Source: a virus
Lineage: Duplodnaviria > Caudoviricetes
Virus record (IMG/VR): IMGVR_UViG_3300017778_001834
Location: 1-36,839 of that record
Length of the DNA stretch: 36,839 bases
Reading direction: 5' to 3' (one strand)
Shown here: piece after piece, positions 24,723 to 33,320 of the stretch
How the letters are laid out: each line of letters starts with the position of its first letter
Numbering within the stretch: position 1 is the stretch's first letter
Made by a program: the position numbers and the translations under genes
The notes under the pieces: generated by a model
What the model was told of the DNA's origin: nothing
Database searches by the model: none
The model's input: the letters and a program-made list of their open reading frames with translations, nothing else

Positions 24723-26406
24723 ACAACTGCCCGCCCGTCTGGTTCTGATACTTCACATTGAACGCGATAATCTCGCACGGCGCATTGGTGTTGCGCGTGT
24801 AGGACATCGCCACGATGCCGTCGCCGTAGGAAACCACGTCATCTTCATCGACGCCAAGGTCGGTGTAGATCAGCGGCGCAGGCAGAACCCGCAAGCGAAC
24901 CGCTCCGCAATAACCAATGCCGGTAACGCTGGTCCAGCTATCGCGCGTCTCGGTGCTAGGCGACCACAAGGCTACATCCCACAGTCCCGTGTCCCACTTA
25001 CCGCCGGTCGTGGTGATGGTCGTAGGAACGGCAGTCGGAGCGCGTTCTTTGAAGTCCGTCACAATCTCAACAGCCGGTGCAAGGTCTCCCGCAATCCGCA
25101 GAACGGGTTGCAGCATCTCAAACTTTTTCAGGCTGCCGCGTGAGCCGAAATAGTTGAATGCCGTCTTGATGTCGCCGACGATGCCGCCCTCATTATCGGC
25201 ATAGCCCACGTCCCATAGATAAACGCCGTCCGAGCCGCCAAACAGCATCTGGTCATTGGCGACGGACCAACAGAACGCATTGATGCCCGTGAACCGGCAC
25301 CAGGCCCCCGTCTGGACGTTCTGGACGTATTGTTCCGACCGCGTGAGGCTCGCCGTGGGGACGTTGAAGATTGCCAGCGTTCCCTTGGTATAAAGAGCGC
25401 CTTCCCATCCAAAATTGCCGCGATAGCGTTGGGTCGCCTGCTGAAAAGCGTTCTGGATTTTCTGTGTCAGCGCGACAAGGTTCTCTTGTGCGCGGTCCAG
25501 TTTCAGCGCCTGCGAGAGCGGCACCACCCCATCCGTAGTCAGCAGAACAAGGTCCGAGCCGTATTTGATGAGCGACCGGCGCGACAGAGGCAGGCCGAGG
25601 TCATACACCCCGACAAGCGCCCAATTGTTAGCGTCCGAAGGATCAAGACCCTGATAGACAGCAACCTGACCCTGCGTCGTCACCCATACCGCTAGATCAT
25701 CCGCACCTGACCCGCCATCAAGCGTCCAAGTGGCTTGGCAAAGGATTGAACCGCCCTTGTCGAAGATAGGCCCAAGGTCAAGCAGATTGGCGTCACCTTG
25801 AATGGCGAACGGCTCAAGGAACCAGACGCGGAGGCTGTCCTCTTGCACAAAGAACAGACGCCCCTTGTGGTCCATTACGTCAACCAACGTGCGAGGGTCA
25901 AGCGTGATGACGCCAGCCGTCCCCGTGATGGTCGTAGAGGCAAACGACGTGCCGTTGTAATAGATCGGCTCCACTGCACCGTTAGCAGCGACTAGGAACG
26001 TCCCCGCGTCGTTGGAGAAGTTCAGCCATTGCCAGCGAGCGTTGCCCGCGTTGGTGAACACCTCGACCGGCGCATCGCCTTGGTTGCTAATGTCAAAGAT
26101 GCTGCCGCCACAAGCCGCAAAAATGTCGTCTGCCAAGGCCAGCGTCTGACCGCGCCAGACAAGGATTGATTCAGTCGGGAGAACCAGCCCCTCTTGCCAC
26201 GGCACATAGCCTTTACGCAGTTCCACATAGCCAGCGCGGGGTATGAAGTTGTCCAGAATGACCGCGTTTTCAGGCGGCATATTGGCCAGCGGGGATTGAG
26301 CATCCCACCCACCAACAGGAGCCGGAACCGCACGGCCAATCGACACCCGTTGTTGAGACACCGACCGTAGAGGCTGGCGACCGTATTGCTGCGCTGCTTG
26401 CCTCAT
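24721..26406 (-). CDS. Tail nozzle / DNA stabilisation protein (P22 gp10-like)
   Basis: PAPVGGWDA...LDNFIP...; beta-rich, 561 aa; position after the adaptor. Confidence 0.75.
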   Translation of the reverse strand: MRQAAQQYGRQPLRSVSQQRVSIGRAVPAPVGGWDAQSPLANMPPENAVILDNFIPRAGYVELRKGYVPWQEGLVLPTESILVWRGQTLALADDIFAACGGSIFDISNQGDAPVEVFTNAGNARWQWLNFSNDAGTFLVAANGAVEPIYYNGTSFASTTITGTAGVITLDPRTLVDVMDHKGRLFFVQEDSLRVWFLEPFAIQGDANLLDLGPIFDKGGSILCQATWTLDGGSGADDLAVWVTTQGQVAVYQGLDPSDANNWALVGVYDLGLPLSRRSLIKYGSDLVLLTTDGVVPLSQALKLDRAQENLVALTQKIQNAFQQATQRYRGNFGWEGALYTKGTLAIFNVPTASLTRSEQYVQNVQTGAWCRFTGINAFCWSVANDQMLFGGSDGVYLWDVGYADNEGGIVGDIKTAFNYFGSRGSLKKFEMLQPVLRIAGDLAPAVEIVTDFKERAPTAVPTTITTTGGKWDTGLWDVALWSPSTETRDSWTSVTGIGYCGAVRLRVLPAPLIYTDLGVDEDDVVSYGDGIVAMSYTRNTNAPCEIIAFNVKYQNQTGGQL

Positions 26407-26597
26407 AACGCGACCCACGCCCCTGAACGATTCTGATAGCCTTGTGCGCCGATATAGAACAACCGGCCATCGGGGCTGTCCGCAACATCCGGCAACGTCG
26501 AACCATAGCCCGGCGCATAGGCCGACAGCAGCGCGTTAATCTTCTTGCGCTGCGTCTCTTGGTTCTTTGTGTCGGAAATGGACAGAAACAGAATCAT
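26403..26597 (-). CDS. Small virion-associated protein
   Basis: ATGA coupling; fibre-like GRLFYIG...RSGAWVAL. Confidence 0.6.
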   Translation of the reverse strand: MILFLSISDTKNQETQRKKINALLSAYAPGYGSTLPDVADSPDGRLFYIGAQGYQNRSGAWVAL

Positions 26598-27298
26598 CCG
26601 GGGAATCCACCTTCTTGGATGTTCGTTGACCAGCCGTAATAGTTGCCGCCCGTGCTGTCGATAATCGTGTTCCCGCCGTCACGGGCCATGCGTTGATTGC
26701 GTTCGCCCTGATAGGTGCGGAAGTCCTCCGCGTAATCCAGCCCCTTGGACTTCAGGAAGCGCCAGCGGAGGCCAAGCGGGAACAGCTTGTCATCCAGATA
26801 CGTCAGGTCTGTGTCAGCGAGAAATGACGATTGTGCCGAACCGGCAGCCGATTTAGCCCAGTTTGTCGTAATGTATTCATAGGCAATCTCTTGCCCTGCG
26901 CCCGGCGTCGGGGTCACAAGAAACTGCCCGTCCCGCTCAATGAACGCCAGAAACACGCGATTGAGTTGGGGCTGCGCTTGGATAGCCTGCCATTCTTGCG
27001 GGGTGATCGGCCCGTAAATATAGCGCATCGTCGTTCTGTTAAAGAACGAGTTGGCAATGAAGTGGTCCAGATCAGACGGGATTGCGCTTGATTGAACCGC
27101 GCTGGCCACCGTATTGAACAGGTGCTGCCGACGCATCACTTGCCAATCGTATGTCCCCGACAGTTCGTCGCCTTCTTCATTGGCCAGAGCGTAAAGCTGC
27201 TGCACCTGAGCGTCAGTCGAGTTCACGACTTCCGTAGGGACGGGAATGGACAGCAGACGACACGCCCGCTGGACAATCTGAAGAAGGTTCATCGCCAT
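26594..27298 (-). CDS. Head-tail adaptor (tail tubular protein A-like)
   Basis: MNLLQIVQRAC...LRWRFLKSKGLDYAEDF; position in the operon. Confidence 0.75.
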   Translation of the reverse strand: MAMNLLQIVQRACRLLSIPVPTEVVNSTDAQVQQLYALANEEGDELSGTYDWQVMRRQHLFNTVASAVQSSAIPSDLDHFIANSFFNRTTMRYIYGPITPQEWQAIQAQPQLNRVFLAFIERDGQFLVTPTPGAGQEIAYEYITTNWAKSAAGSAQSSFLADTDLTYLDDKLFPLGLRWRFLKSKGLDYAEDFRTYQGERNQRMARDGGNTIIDSTGGNYYGWSTNIQEGGFPG

Positions 27299-27301
27299 TA
27301 G

Positions 27302-27631
27302 TTAGGCCTTCGCAGGACGCCCGCGCTTTTTGGCGACGGGGATGGATTCATAATCCGCCGGAACGTGCGTATGCTCGTCGCTGACGGGTCGGATTGAACC
27401 GCCGGGACCATCCACCCCGTCGTGATCGAACGCCTCCACAGGGGCGTGATTAAACGCCTCCTTGAGATACATATCATATTCCGCGCCATGTGCCTTCTTG
27501 TCGGCCTCAGTTGCCACACGCGGGCCAATCACCGACGACGAATCCGCCTGATAGCGGAACATCAGGAACTTGCCGTCCTTAAAGAACGTCGCACCAGGCT
27601 TATACATCACGTCACGTTCCAGACCGCTCAT
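27302..27631 (-). CDS. Hypothetical protein
   Basis: Ends KKRGRPAKA; ATGA coupling. Confidence 0.7.
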   Translation of the reverse strand: MSGLERDVMYKPGATFFKDGKFLMFRYQADSSSVIGPRVATEADKKAHGAEYDMYLKEAFNHAPVEAFDHDGVDGPGGSIRPVSDEHTHVPADYESIPVAKKRGRPAKA

Positions 27632-28149
27632 ACCGCTTCCTTCTCTGCTTTGGCTTCCAGTGCCGCCGTTAGCTTTTCTTCAAGTTCCCGAATCCGCTGC
27701 GTCATCTCCGCAAGCGGCTTTTCGGTTTCAGTCTGCTCAATGAACCGTTGAGCCTTGGCGCGGAGGGCTTGACCACCCATCGGGACGCACTTGGCCAGTT
27801 GGCTGTCAGACAGGCCCGCAAGAGCCTCCACCGTGCGGATATGGACGCTGTTCAGTTCAATGACCTGACTACGGCCCACGCCTGCCCATTCTTCCAGCGG
27901 CGTTCCGCTCTCAGGGGCTTCCATGTTGGCCTTGAACGCGGCGTATTTGGTAGGCCAGCGGTCGCGGTGTTCGTCCTTCACGGCCACGTCAACGATGTTT
28001 TTGTTATCGCCCGGCACGATCAGTTCCACATACTCAACGTCATTCCAGACTTCTCGGCCTTCCTTCTCCGACAGGAAGTTATTGCGAACAGGCTTGATAT
28101 GGAAACGCGGAATAATCCGGTCCCGTCCGTCAGGCGCTACATATTCCAT
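27628..28149 (-). CDS. Phage protein with HhH-like motif
   Basis: GTPLEEW...IRTVEALAGLSD; GGAGG SD. Confidence 0.75.
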   Translation of the reverse strand: MEYVAPDGRDRIIPRFHIKPVRNNFLSEKEGREVWNDVEYVELIVPGDNKNIVDVAVKDEHRDRWPTKYAAFKANMEAPESGTPLEEWAGVGRSQVIELNSVHIRTVEALAGLSDSQLAKCVPMGGQALRAKAQRFIEQTETEKPLAEMTQRIRELEEKLTAALEAKAEKEAV

Positions 28150-28728
28150 CTATGTCCTCCGATACACAGTGTCATTGCCAATCCGCATCACGCGAGAATA
28201 ACCGGGCAGATCGGCTTTCGGGCCTAGTCCCTTTTCTTCAAGGACTATGATAGGCGAAAACTTCTCGATTGTCGCTAGTGCGCCCTTAATGGCGTCCGCC
28301 TCCGCGCCTTCGATGTCCAGCCAGATCAAATCGCACTGGTCGAGGCCGAGGCTGTCAATGGTCCGCACAGGGATAGCGTCACCCGGCAGCGTCTTGTGCG
28401 AGCCGCAGTTGTCGGTGTCGATACGGAGGATGCCGCACATTCCAGGTTCTGCACCTAGCGCACCCCATCGCACTTCGATTGCCTCATCCCTGACGTTCTC
28501 AATCAGGCAGTCGAGGTTGTCCCGATCCGGCTCAAACGTGATGACCCGATCAAACACCTTGGACAGCGCCAGCGGATACACCCCGACATTGCCGCCAGCT
28601 TGGACGCAAACACGCTTTTCAGCCACCAACGGCAAGACCACAGGCATAGCAGCGGCGCACTCACTAACAACCGCAGCACGGCACCGAACGTCAAAATCAG
28701 GCCACCAAAGGCCGTCAATCTGTTTCAC
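28150..28728 (-). CDS. FkbM-family SAM methyltransferase
   Basis: VQAGGNVG, FEPD, IDSL..DLIWLDIEGAE...PIIVLE. Confidence 0.88.
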   Translation of the reverse strand: MKQIDGLWWPDFDVRCRAAVVSECAAAMPVVLPLVAEKRVCVQAGGNVGVYPLALSKVFDRVITFEPDRDNLDCLIENVRDEAIEVRWGALGAEPGMCGILRIDTDNCGSHKTLPGDAIPVRTIDSLGLDQCDLIWLDIEGAEADAIKGALATIEKFSPIIVLEEKGLGPKADLPGYSRVMRIGNDTVYRRT

Positions 28729-28907
28729 TTTGCAAAGCCCTTTTCGTCATACAGGTGCCGTTGAGCGTCGACCGGATGGTAGAAATCCGGCTCATCCAGC
28801 AGCAGCAACGCACGATCAGCGTCCGTCAACCGCTCAGGATACCATTTAAGCTTTGCCCAAGCCTTGCGCCGTTCGTTGTCGTTTCGGGCATCGTATTGGC
28901 TGTTCAT
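28725..28907 (-). CDS. Hypothetical protein
   Basis: MNSQYDARND..., coupled at both ends. Confidence 0.65.
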   Translation of the reverse strand: MNSQYDARNDNERRKAWAKLKWYPERLTDADRALLLLDEPDFYHPVDAQRHLYDEKGFAK

Positions 28908-28984
28908 CGGCGGTAGTTCACGAACAGGCCGACCACCAGCAGCCACAGCAGCCAAACGGCGAGAAGGCCAATAACGAGCATCAT
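28904..28984 (-). CDS. 26-aa single-TM peptide
   Basis: MMLVIGLLAVWLLWLLVVGLFVNYRR; ATGA overlaps at both ends. Confidence 0.6.
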   Translation of the reverse strand: MMLVIGLLAVWLLWLLVVGLFVNYRR

Positions 28985-30414
28985 GCGAGCAACTTTCCCA
29001 TGTCAGGAATAAGGCCGTTACCGTGGGCAATCACCTTAACGCCACGGTCCCGCAAATACAAAAACGACTGCTGAAACTCCATCGCCTGACGGATCATCCA
29101 CCGAGCGCAAGTGTATGTCTTGTCGCCTAACACAACGTCCATTGTGGCTTCACCGTCGTTCAGGCTCTGCGAATAGGCGTGGTGCGAGCCTTCGGCATAC
29201 GAACTGTCAAAGCCGTATAGGTGAATTTTCTTGTATCCCGACAGCCACGCGAGATTGATGGCGCGGAGGCCGACCGTTCCGCCACCGGGCACTAGAACGC
29301 ACGGCTTCTGGTCTGGGCCTTCGTCAAACCACGGCTTGATAATGTCCATGAGTTCTTCACCCGAACCCATAGCGTTATGCCACAGCACAACATCATGCCT
29401 CGAAAGCGCATCAAATACGCACGGATGAACCTGAGAGGCGAGGAAGTAGCGCACGGACATTGGCGCATCCTCGACCATGTGTAGATTTTCTTCCCGCGCA
29501 TCCAGCATGACGTGAGCGTCCGGCGTGACAGCCCGCTCCGTTAGATACCGCAGCGCATTGTTGACGCTGATAATCTTAGCGCCGCGCCTGCGATGGTCCT
29601 TGATGGCCTGCACACTGTCCGAAAGCGAGGGACCGCCTCCGACGATGACGCAAGCCTTGTCCTGATCCCCGAAGCCGGAGAACCACGGCAAGTCTCGCTG
29701 CACGTTGGCCCGCACGTTGGCATAGGCGAAGTCATGCGAGACGTTCATGCCCTTTAGTTCTGGCATGGCCGTATAGCCGCCAACGCGCCAGACACCAGGC
29801 ACCCACCCGTCCGTCACCTCATGCGGCTTGGGCTGGCCGTGGAAGATAACCGCTTTAGCCGTCTCAGGAGGCCATGCGACCGCGTCACGGTAGGACACGA
29901 ACATATCAGCGGGGAAAGTCGGCCACTTGCCCAAAGACGTGATCCACTCTTGATCGCCGCCGTTGATTTGTCCTTTAGGAAGAAATGGGGCCAAAACAGT
30001 AGATCGGGTGTTTATGTCTCGATGAGGCTTAAAACAGGTCCAAACGTTTCGATATTGACCATACGTCCAACGCATGACGCTGCTGTTATAGCAAGGCCAA
30101 TGCCAGTCCTGAATGATGCCGTGCGGCAAGCCCTCAAGCCTGCCGGTCACGCATACATCAAGGTCCATGTAGAGGATTTCATCGCCAGTTGACCACGGCA
30201 TATCTGGCGCAAACAAAAACACCTTTTGCCACCAACCCGGCAAATCGGGATTGTGCGCGATAGCCGTGATGCCTTCCGGCAGTTCGTCCGGCTTGTCAGT
30301 CAGGCACCAATGGCGCTGTTCTTCGTCCAGATGGCGGGCGATGCCGTCGTGAAGGCGGGTGACGTATTCAATCGGGTATTTGTCCCCGACGCGGACGCTG
30401 ACAACGTTAATCAT
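28981..30414 (-). CDS. Fusion: GT-A glycosyltransferase plus Maf/DUF115 (MptE-like) domain
   Basis: N-terminal GWWQK..YMDLD..NSSVM..GDQEWI..FHGQPKP; C-terminal IVGGGPSL..SVNNA..PDAHVMLD..GGGTVG..LYGFDSSY. Confidence 0.85.
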   Translation of the reverse strand: MINVVSVRVGDKYPIEYVTRLHDGIARHLDEEQRHWCLTDKPDELPEGITAIAHNPDLPGWWQKVFLFAPDMPWSTGDEILYMDLDVCVTGRLEGLPHGIIQDWHWPCYNSSVMRWTYGQYRNVWTCFKPHRDINTRSTVLAPFLPKGQINGGDQEWITSLGKWPTFPADMFVSYRDAVAWPPETAKAVIFHGQPKPHEVTDGWVPGVWRVGGYTAMPELKGMNVSHDFAYANVRANVQRDLPWFSGFGDQDKACVIVGGGPSLSDSVQAIKDHRRRGAKIISVNNALRYLTERAVTPDAHVMLDAREENLHMVEDAPMSVRYFLASQVHPCVFDALSRHDVVLWHNAMGSGEELMDIIKPWFDEGPDQKPCVLVPGGGTVGLRAINLAWLSGYKKIHLYGFDSSYAEGSHHAYSQSLNDGEATMDVVLGDKTYTCARWMIRQAMEFQQSFLYLRDRGVKVIAHGNGLIPDMGKLLA

Positions 30415-30581
30415 GGCTTGATAATCTCGCAAAACCACAGCGGCTCACGAACATCTCCAGTATCAAGACGCCACCCTTGTTGGTGTTTGCCGTCCATCCA
30501 GCGCCCGCACGAAACCCACTTGTCATCGCAAAGCAGCAAGCGGCGGTCTTTTGGCGCGTCTTTGATCGGTTTCCATTGCAT
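30411..30581 (-). CDS. Small protein (DUF551-like WxPI..APKD)
   Basis: GGAGG SD; MQWKPIKDAPKD. Confidence 0.65.
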   Translation of the reverse strand: MQWKPIKDAPKDRRLLLCDDKWVSCGRWMDGKHQQGWRLDTGDVREPLWFCEIIKP

Positions 30582-30596
30582 CGCTACCTCCATAGC

Positions 30597-30629
30597 AAAA
30601 ACCGCCCCCGGACGAACCGAGGGCGGCTT
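30597..30629 (-). terminator. Intrinsic terminator after the capsid and decoration genes
   Basis: Minus strand AAGCCGCCCTCGG-TTCGT-CCGGGGGCGG-TTTTT. Confidence 0.8.
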
Positions 30630-30673
30630 AGGCTAACACCTAACCCCAGTGGAGGCTAGGGCAGGCGGAAGGC

Positions 30674-30961
30674 TTAGAGAGCGGTGCGCTTGGCCCAGAA
30701 ATACTGGCCCGAAGCAACGCCACCCGTCGTGTTGACGGTCCAGCCAGCCGAACCAGCATCCGACGACGCAGAGCCGCTGGTGCCAATCAGGATGGTCTGG
30801 GTCGAGGACAGAGCCTCCGAAGCCCGCACATAGAGATGCGAGCGACCGTCGTTAGCGTTGATGCGCGTGTTGAGCGCAAAGGCGGGGGTCGAGGCCTTGT
30901 CGTCGAGGTCGATCCCCACAGTCGGAATGGTCGAGAAGACCGTAGCAGCAGTCGATGCCAT
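30674..30961 (-). CDS. Capsid decoration/cement protein (putative)
   Basis: Small Ala/Ser/Thr-rich protein directly after the capsid gene; strong SD. Confidence 0.7.
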   Translation of the reverse strand: MASTAATVFSTIPTVGIDLDDKASTPAFALNTRINANDGRSHLYVRASEALSSTQTILIGTSGSASSDAGSAGWTVNTTGGVASGQYFWAKRTAL

Positions 30962-30985
30962 GTTAGTGGCTCCTTTCTAGGGGGA

Positions 30986-31957
30986 TCAGGTTTGGAACAG
31001 GACGCCTTGGAGGAAGGCGTTGGACAGGGTCAGGTTGCCAGCCCAAACGATAGGCTTGACCATAGCGTCCTGGTTGATCGAACGGACTTCTTCCAGCGGG
31101 ACCATGTTGCGGTCCTTGTGAGGACGCCAGTGGATGTAGCCGGTGTTCAGCATATACAGGTGATTGTCGGGGCAAGCACCGCCGAAGCCACCATCGAACA
31201 CCACGTCCGTTCCCTTATACTTCAGCGAGACATAGCCCGCGTCAGCTTCATTGGGGTTGGTGACGCGCTGGATGTCCTGAAGCGACGACTCATAGAAGCC
31301 AAAGTAATTGTCGTCACACAGGATCAGGTCCGGCTTGTCAGTGCCACGCGAGCATTGACGATAGAGCGTGTTCATGAAGCGGGTGATGTTGGCAGCCGAG
31401 GCAGCCGAACCACCGTCCGAGGTCGCGCTGAACTTCTGGTTACGCCAGAAATTCCACGTTGCACGGTTGATGCCGCCGACAGTGCCGGTGGTGGGGTCGT
31501 CAGCCACGAGAAGCTGAAGGCCACCAATCTGCTTGCCGCCCGAAGCCGTGCCGTTCGAGTAGAGGTCTTCGGCCACACCGTTTTGCATGGTCTTTTCCGC
31601 GTTCTTGATACGCGAGGCCAGCAGGTCGATGATGGCATCAACGCCGGAGTTTTGCAGTTGCTCCAGGCCGCTCATGGTCACGTTGACGGCGATTTGCTTC
31701 CAGTCAAACTCAGCCGAGGTGAACACGTCGCTAGGCGAGATGTTCAGGACTTCGTAGCCGGAATAACGCTGATAAGTGACGTTCTCAGCGTATTCGAGTT
31801 CTTGCAGGATGGTGCGGCCACCCGACACCGGCTTGATGGTGCCACGGCGGTTCATACGCGACAGAATCGCGTTGTTCTGCGTGACGTTGTCGGCCAGCTT
31901 GCCCGTGCGGTTACGCAGGGTAGTGGTTGCGATTTCCGAAACATTCGGGGAAGTCAT
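30986..31957 (-). CDS. Major capsid protein
   Basis: TTTLRNRTGKLADNVTQNNAIL...GGRTILQELEY; 323 aa; after the scaffold; strongly biased codons. Confidence 0.88.
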   Translation of the reverse strand: MTSPNVSEIATTTLRNRTGKLADNVTQNNAILSRMNRRGTIKPVSGGRTILQELEYAENVTYQRYSGYEVLNISPSDVFTSAEFDWKQIAVNVTMSGLEQLQNSGVDAIIDLLASRIKNAEKTMQNGVAEDLYSNGTASGGKQIGGLQLLVADDPTTGTVGGINRATWNFWRNQKFSATSDGGSAASAANITRFMNTLYRQCSRGTDKPDLILCDDNYFGFYESSLQDIQRVTNPNEADAGYVSLKYKGTDVVFDGGFGGACPDNHLYMLNTGYIHWRPHKDRNMVPLEEVRSINQDAMVKPIVWAGNLTLSNAFLQGVLFQT

Positions 31958-31967
31958 TTAAGTTCTC

Positions 31968-32990
31968 CTAAGCCGCCCCGGTGACTTCTTCAAAAGCCGC
32001 CCGGATGTCGTCTTCAATTGAGCCGTTGGACTTGGGAATCCGGGATTGACCCGGCGACCCGGTGACACTGACAGCCGCCCGCCGCGCCTGCGCCGCCTTG
32101 TCTTGCATCGGAGCCGCCGGGGCCTGCGCGGTTTGCAGGAACGGGCGAATGTCCGGCCTCATCCAGCAGGCCATTTCGTAGGCTTCCTTAAGGTCCGAGG
32201 CTTTCCCGTTGTGCAAGAGGACCGCCATATCATCGCGGACGTTCTCGAAATACAGGTTGGCCGGATCGTTCTGGAAAGCGTCGATTTGGCTGACGATAGG
32301 CGCGGTCTGCGCCGTCTGGACTTGGCTTTGCAGGACTTGGAGTTGCTGCTTAAGGGCCGCAATCTCTGGGTGGCTGTCTCGCGCGGGCTGGGCCTGATAG
32401 GGCTGTCCCTGCGGCTGGGCCGTGTTCAAATTCACGCCATACGAACGGGCCAGAAACTCAAGCCCCTGCATCGGATTCTTTTCAAGCAAGTCTTGCGCTG
32501 CAAGCAGCGTCTTGACCGCGTGAACCTCATCCATCCCTTGCGCGGCCCATTGAGCGCGGCGAGGGGCAAGCACTTGTTCCAGCGGTTCATACCGCTTTAC
32601 TTCCTCAGACTTGCGCCGCAGTCCGTGGTCGATCTCCTGTTCCCGCTTTGCAACAGCCTGTTGCACTTCCGGGGGCAGTTTATCAAACGTGGCCTTAGCC
32701 GCAGGCGACCATGAAGCCGGGGCGCGGATGGCGAGCTTGACAGCAGGGTCCGCGACTGCCTCTGAGGGCTGGTCGGGAGTATCTTGCACCATTTCGGGCG
32801 CTTTGGCAATAAACTTGCCGTCTGGCCCGCGAACGCGTCCGTCCGATGCCTTTTCGCCGTCATCATGGGGCGTTTCAGCCTCGATAACCGCTTCCGGCGC
32901 AACCGCCACTTCGTCAACGGGCGCAGGCTCAGGGGCGTTGCCGCTCACCTCTGCCATTGCCGCCCGGATGTCGTCTTCCATATCGCTCAT
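31968..32990 (-). CDS. Capsid scaffolding protein
   Basis: Acidic/Pro-rich N-terminus, RGPDGKF, APASW, coiled coil; precedes the capsid gene. Confidence 0.8.
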   Translation of the reverse strand: MSDMEDDIRAAMAEVSGNAPEPAPVDEVAVAPEAVIEAETPHDDGEKASDGRVRGPDGKFIAKAPEMVQDTPDQPSEAVADPAVKLAIRAPASWSPAAKATFDKLPPEVQQAVAKREQEIDHGLRRKSEEVKRYEPLEQVLAPRRAQWAAQGMDEVHAVKTLLAAQDLLEKNPMQGLEFLARSYGVNLNTAQPQGQPYQAQPARDSHPEIAALKQQLQVLQSQVQTAQTAPIVSQIDAFQNDPANLYFENVRDDMAVLLHNGKASDLKEAYEMACWMRPDIRPFLQTAQAPAAPMQDKAAQARRAAVSVTGSPGQSRIPKSNGSIEDDIRAAFEEVTGAA

Positions 32991-33316
32991 AGTCTGGCCT
33001 CCACCTGATCCATAGCCGTCTTGATGTCCTGCTTAAGTTCGCGGTCAGACAGCACAGGCCGCGCGCTTGGTTTAATCTTCTCCGCACCGACAATCTCGCA
33101 ACCGGCGTCACGAACACCGCGCTCATAGGCAGAGCGGCTGTCATACATCAGGCCGTTAGCATGGTTCATGATCGGGTCCATGCCGTCAGCACGAACGTAG
33201 GGCATCGGCAAATCAGACCGGGCCTTGCGGAACTGCTCTAGGCAAGTGCGCGGCCATGCGGCTACGTCGTGAATGTCACCGCAGGCTTGGCATTTCCGGT
33301 AGGTCGCACGGCTCAT
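32987..33316 (-). CDS. Hypothetical protein with CxxC..H
   Basis: CQACGDIH...YDSRSAY. Confidence 0.7.
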   Translation of the reverse strand: MSRATYRKCQACGDIHDVAAWPRTCLEQFRKARSDLPMPYVRADGMDPIMNHANGLMYDSRSAYERGVRDAGCEIVGAEKIKPSARPVLSDRELKQDIKTAMDQVEARL

Positions 33317-33320
33317 TCAA

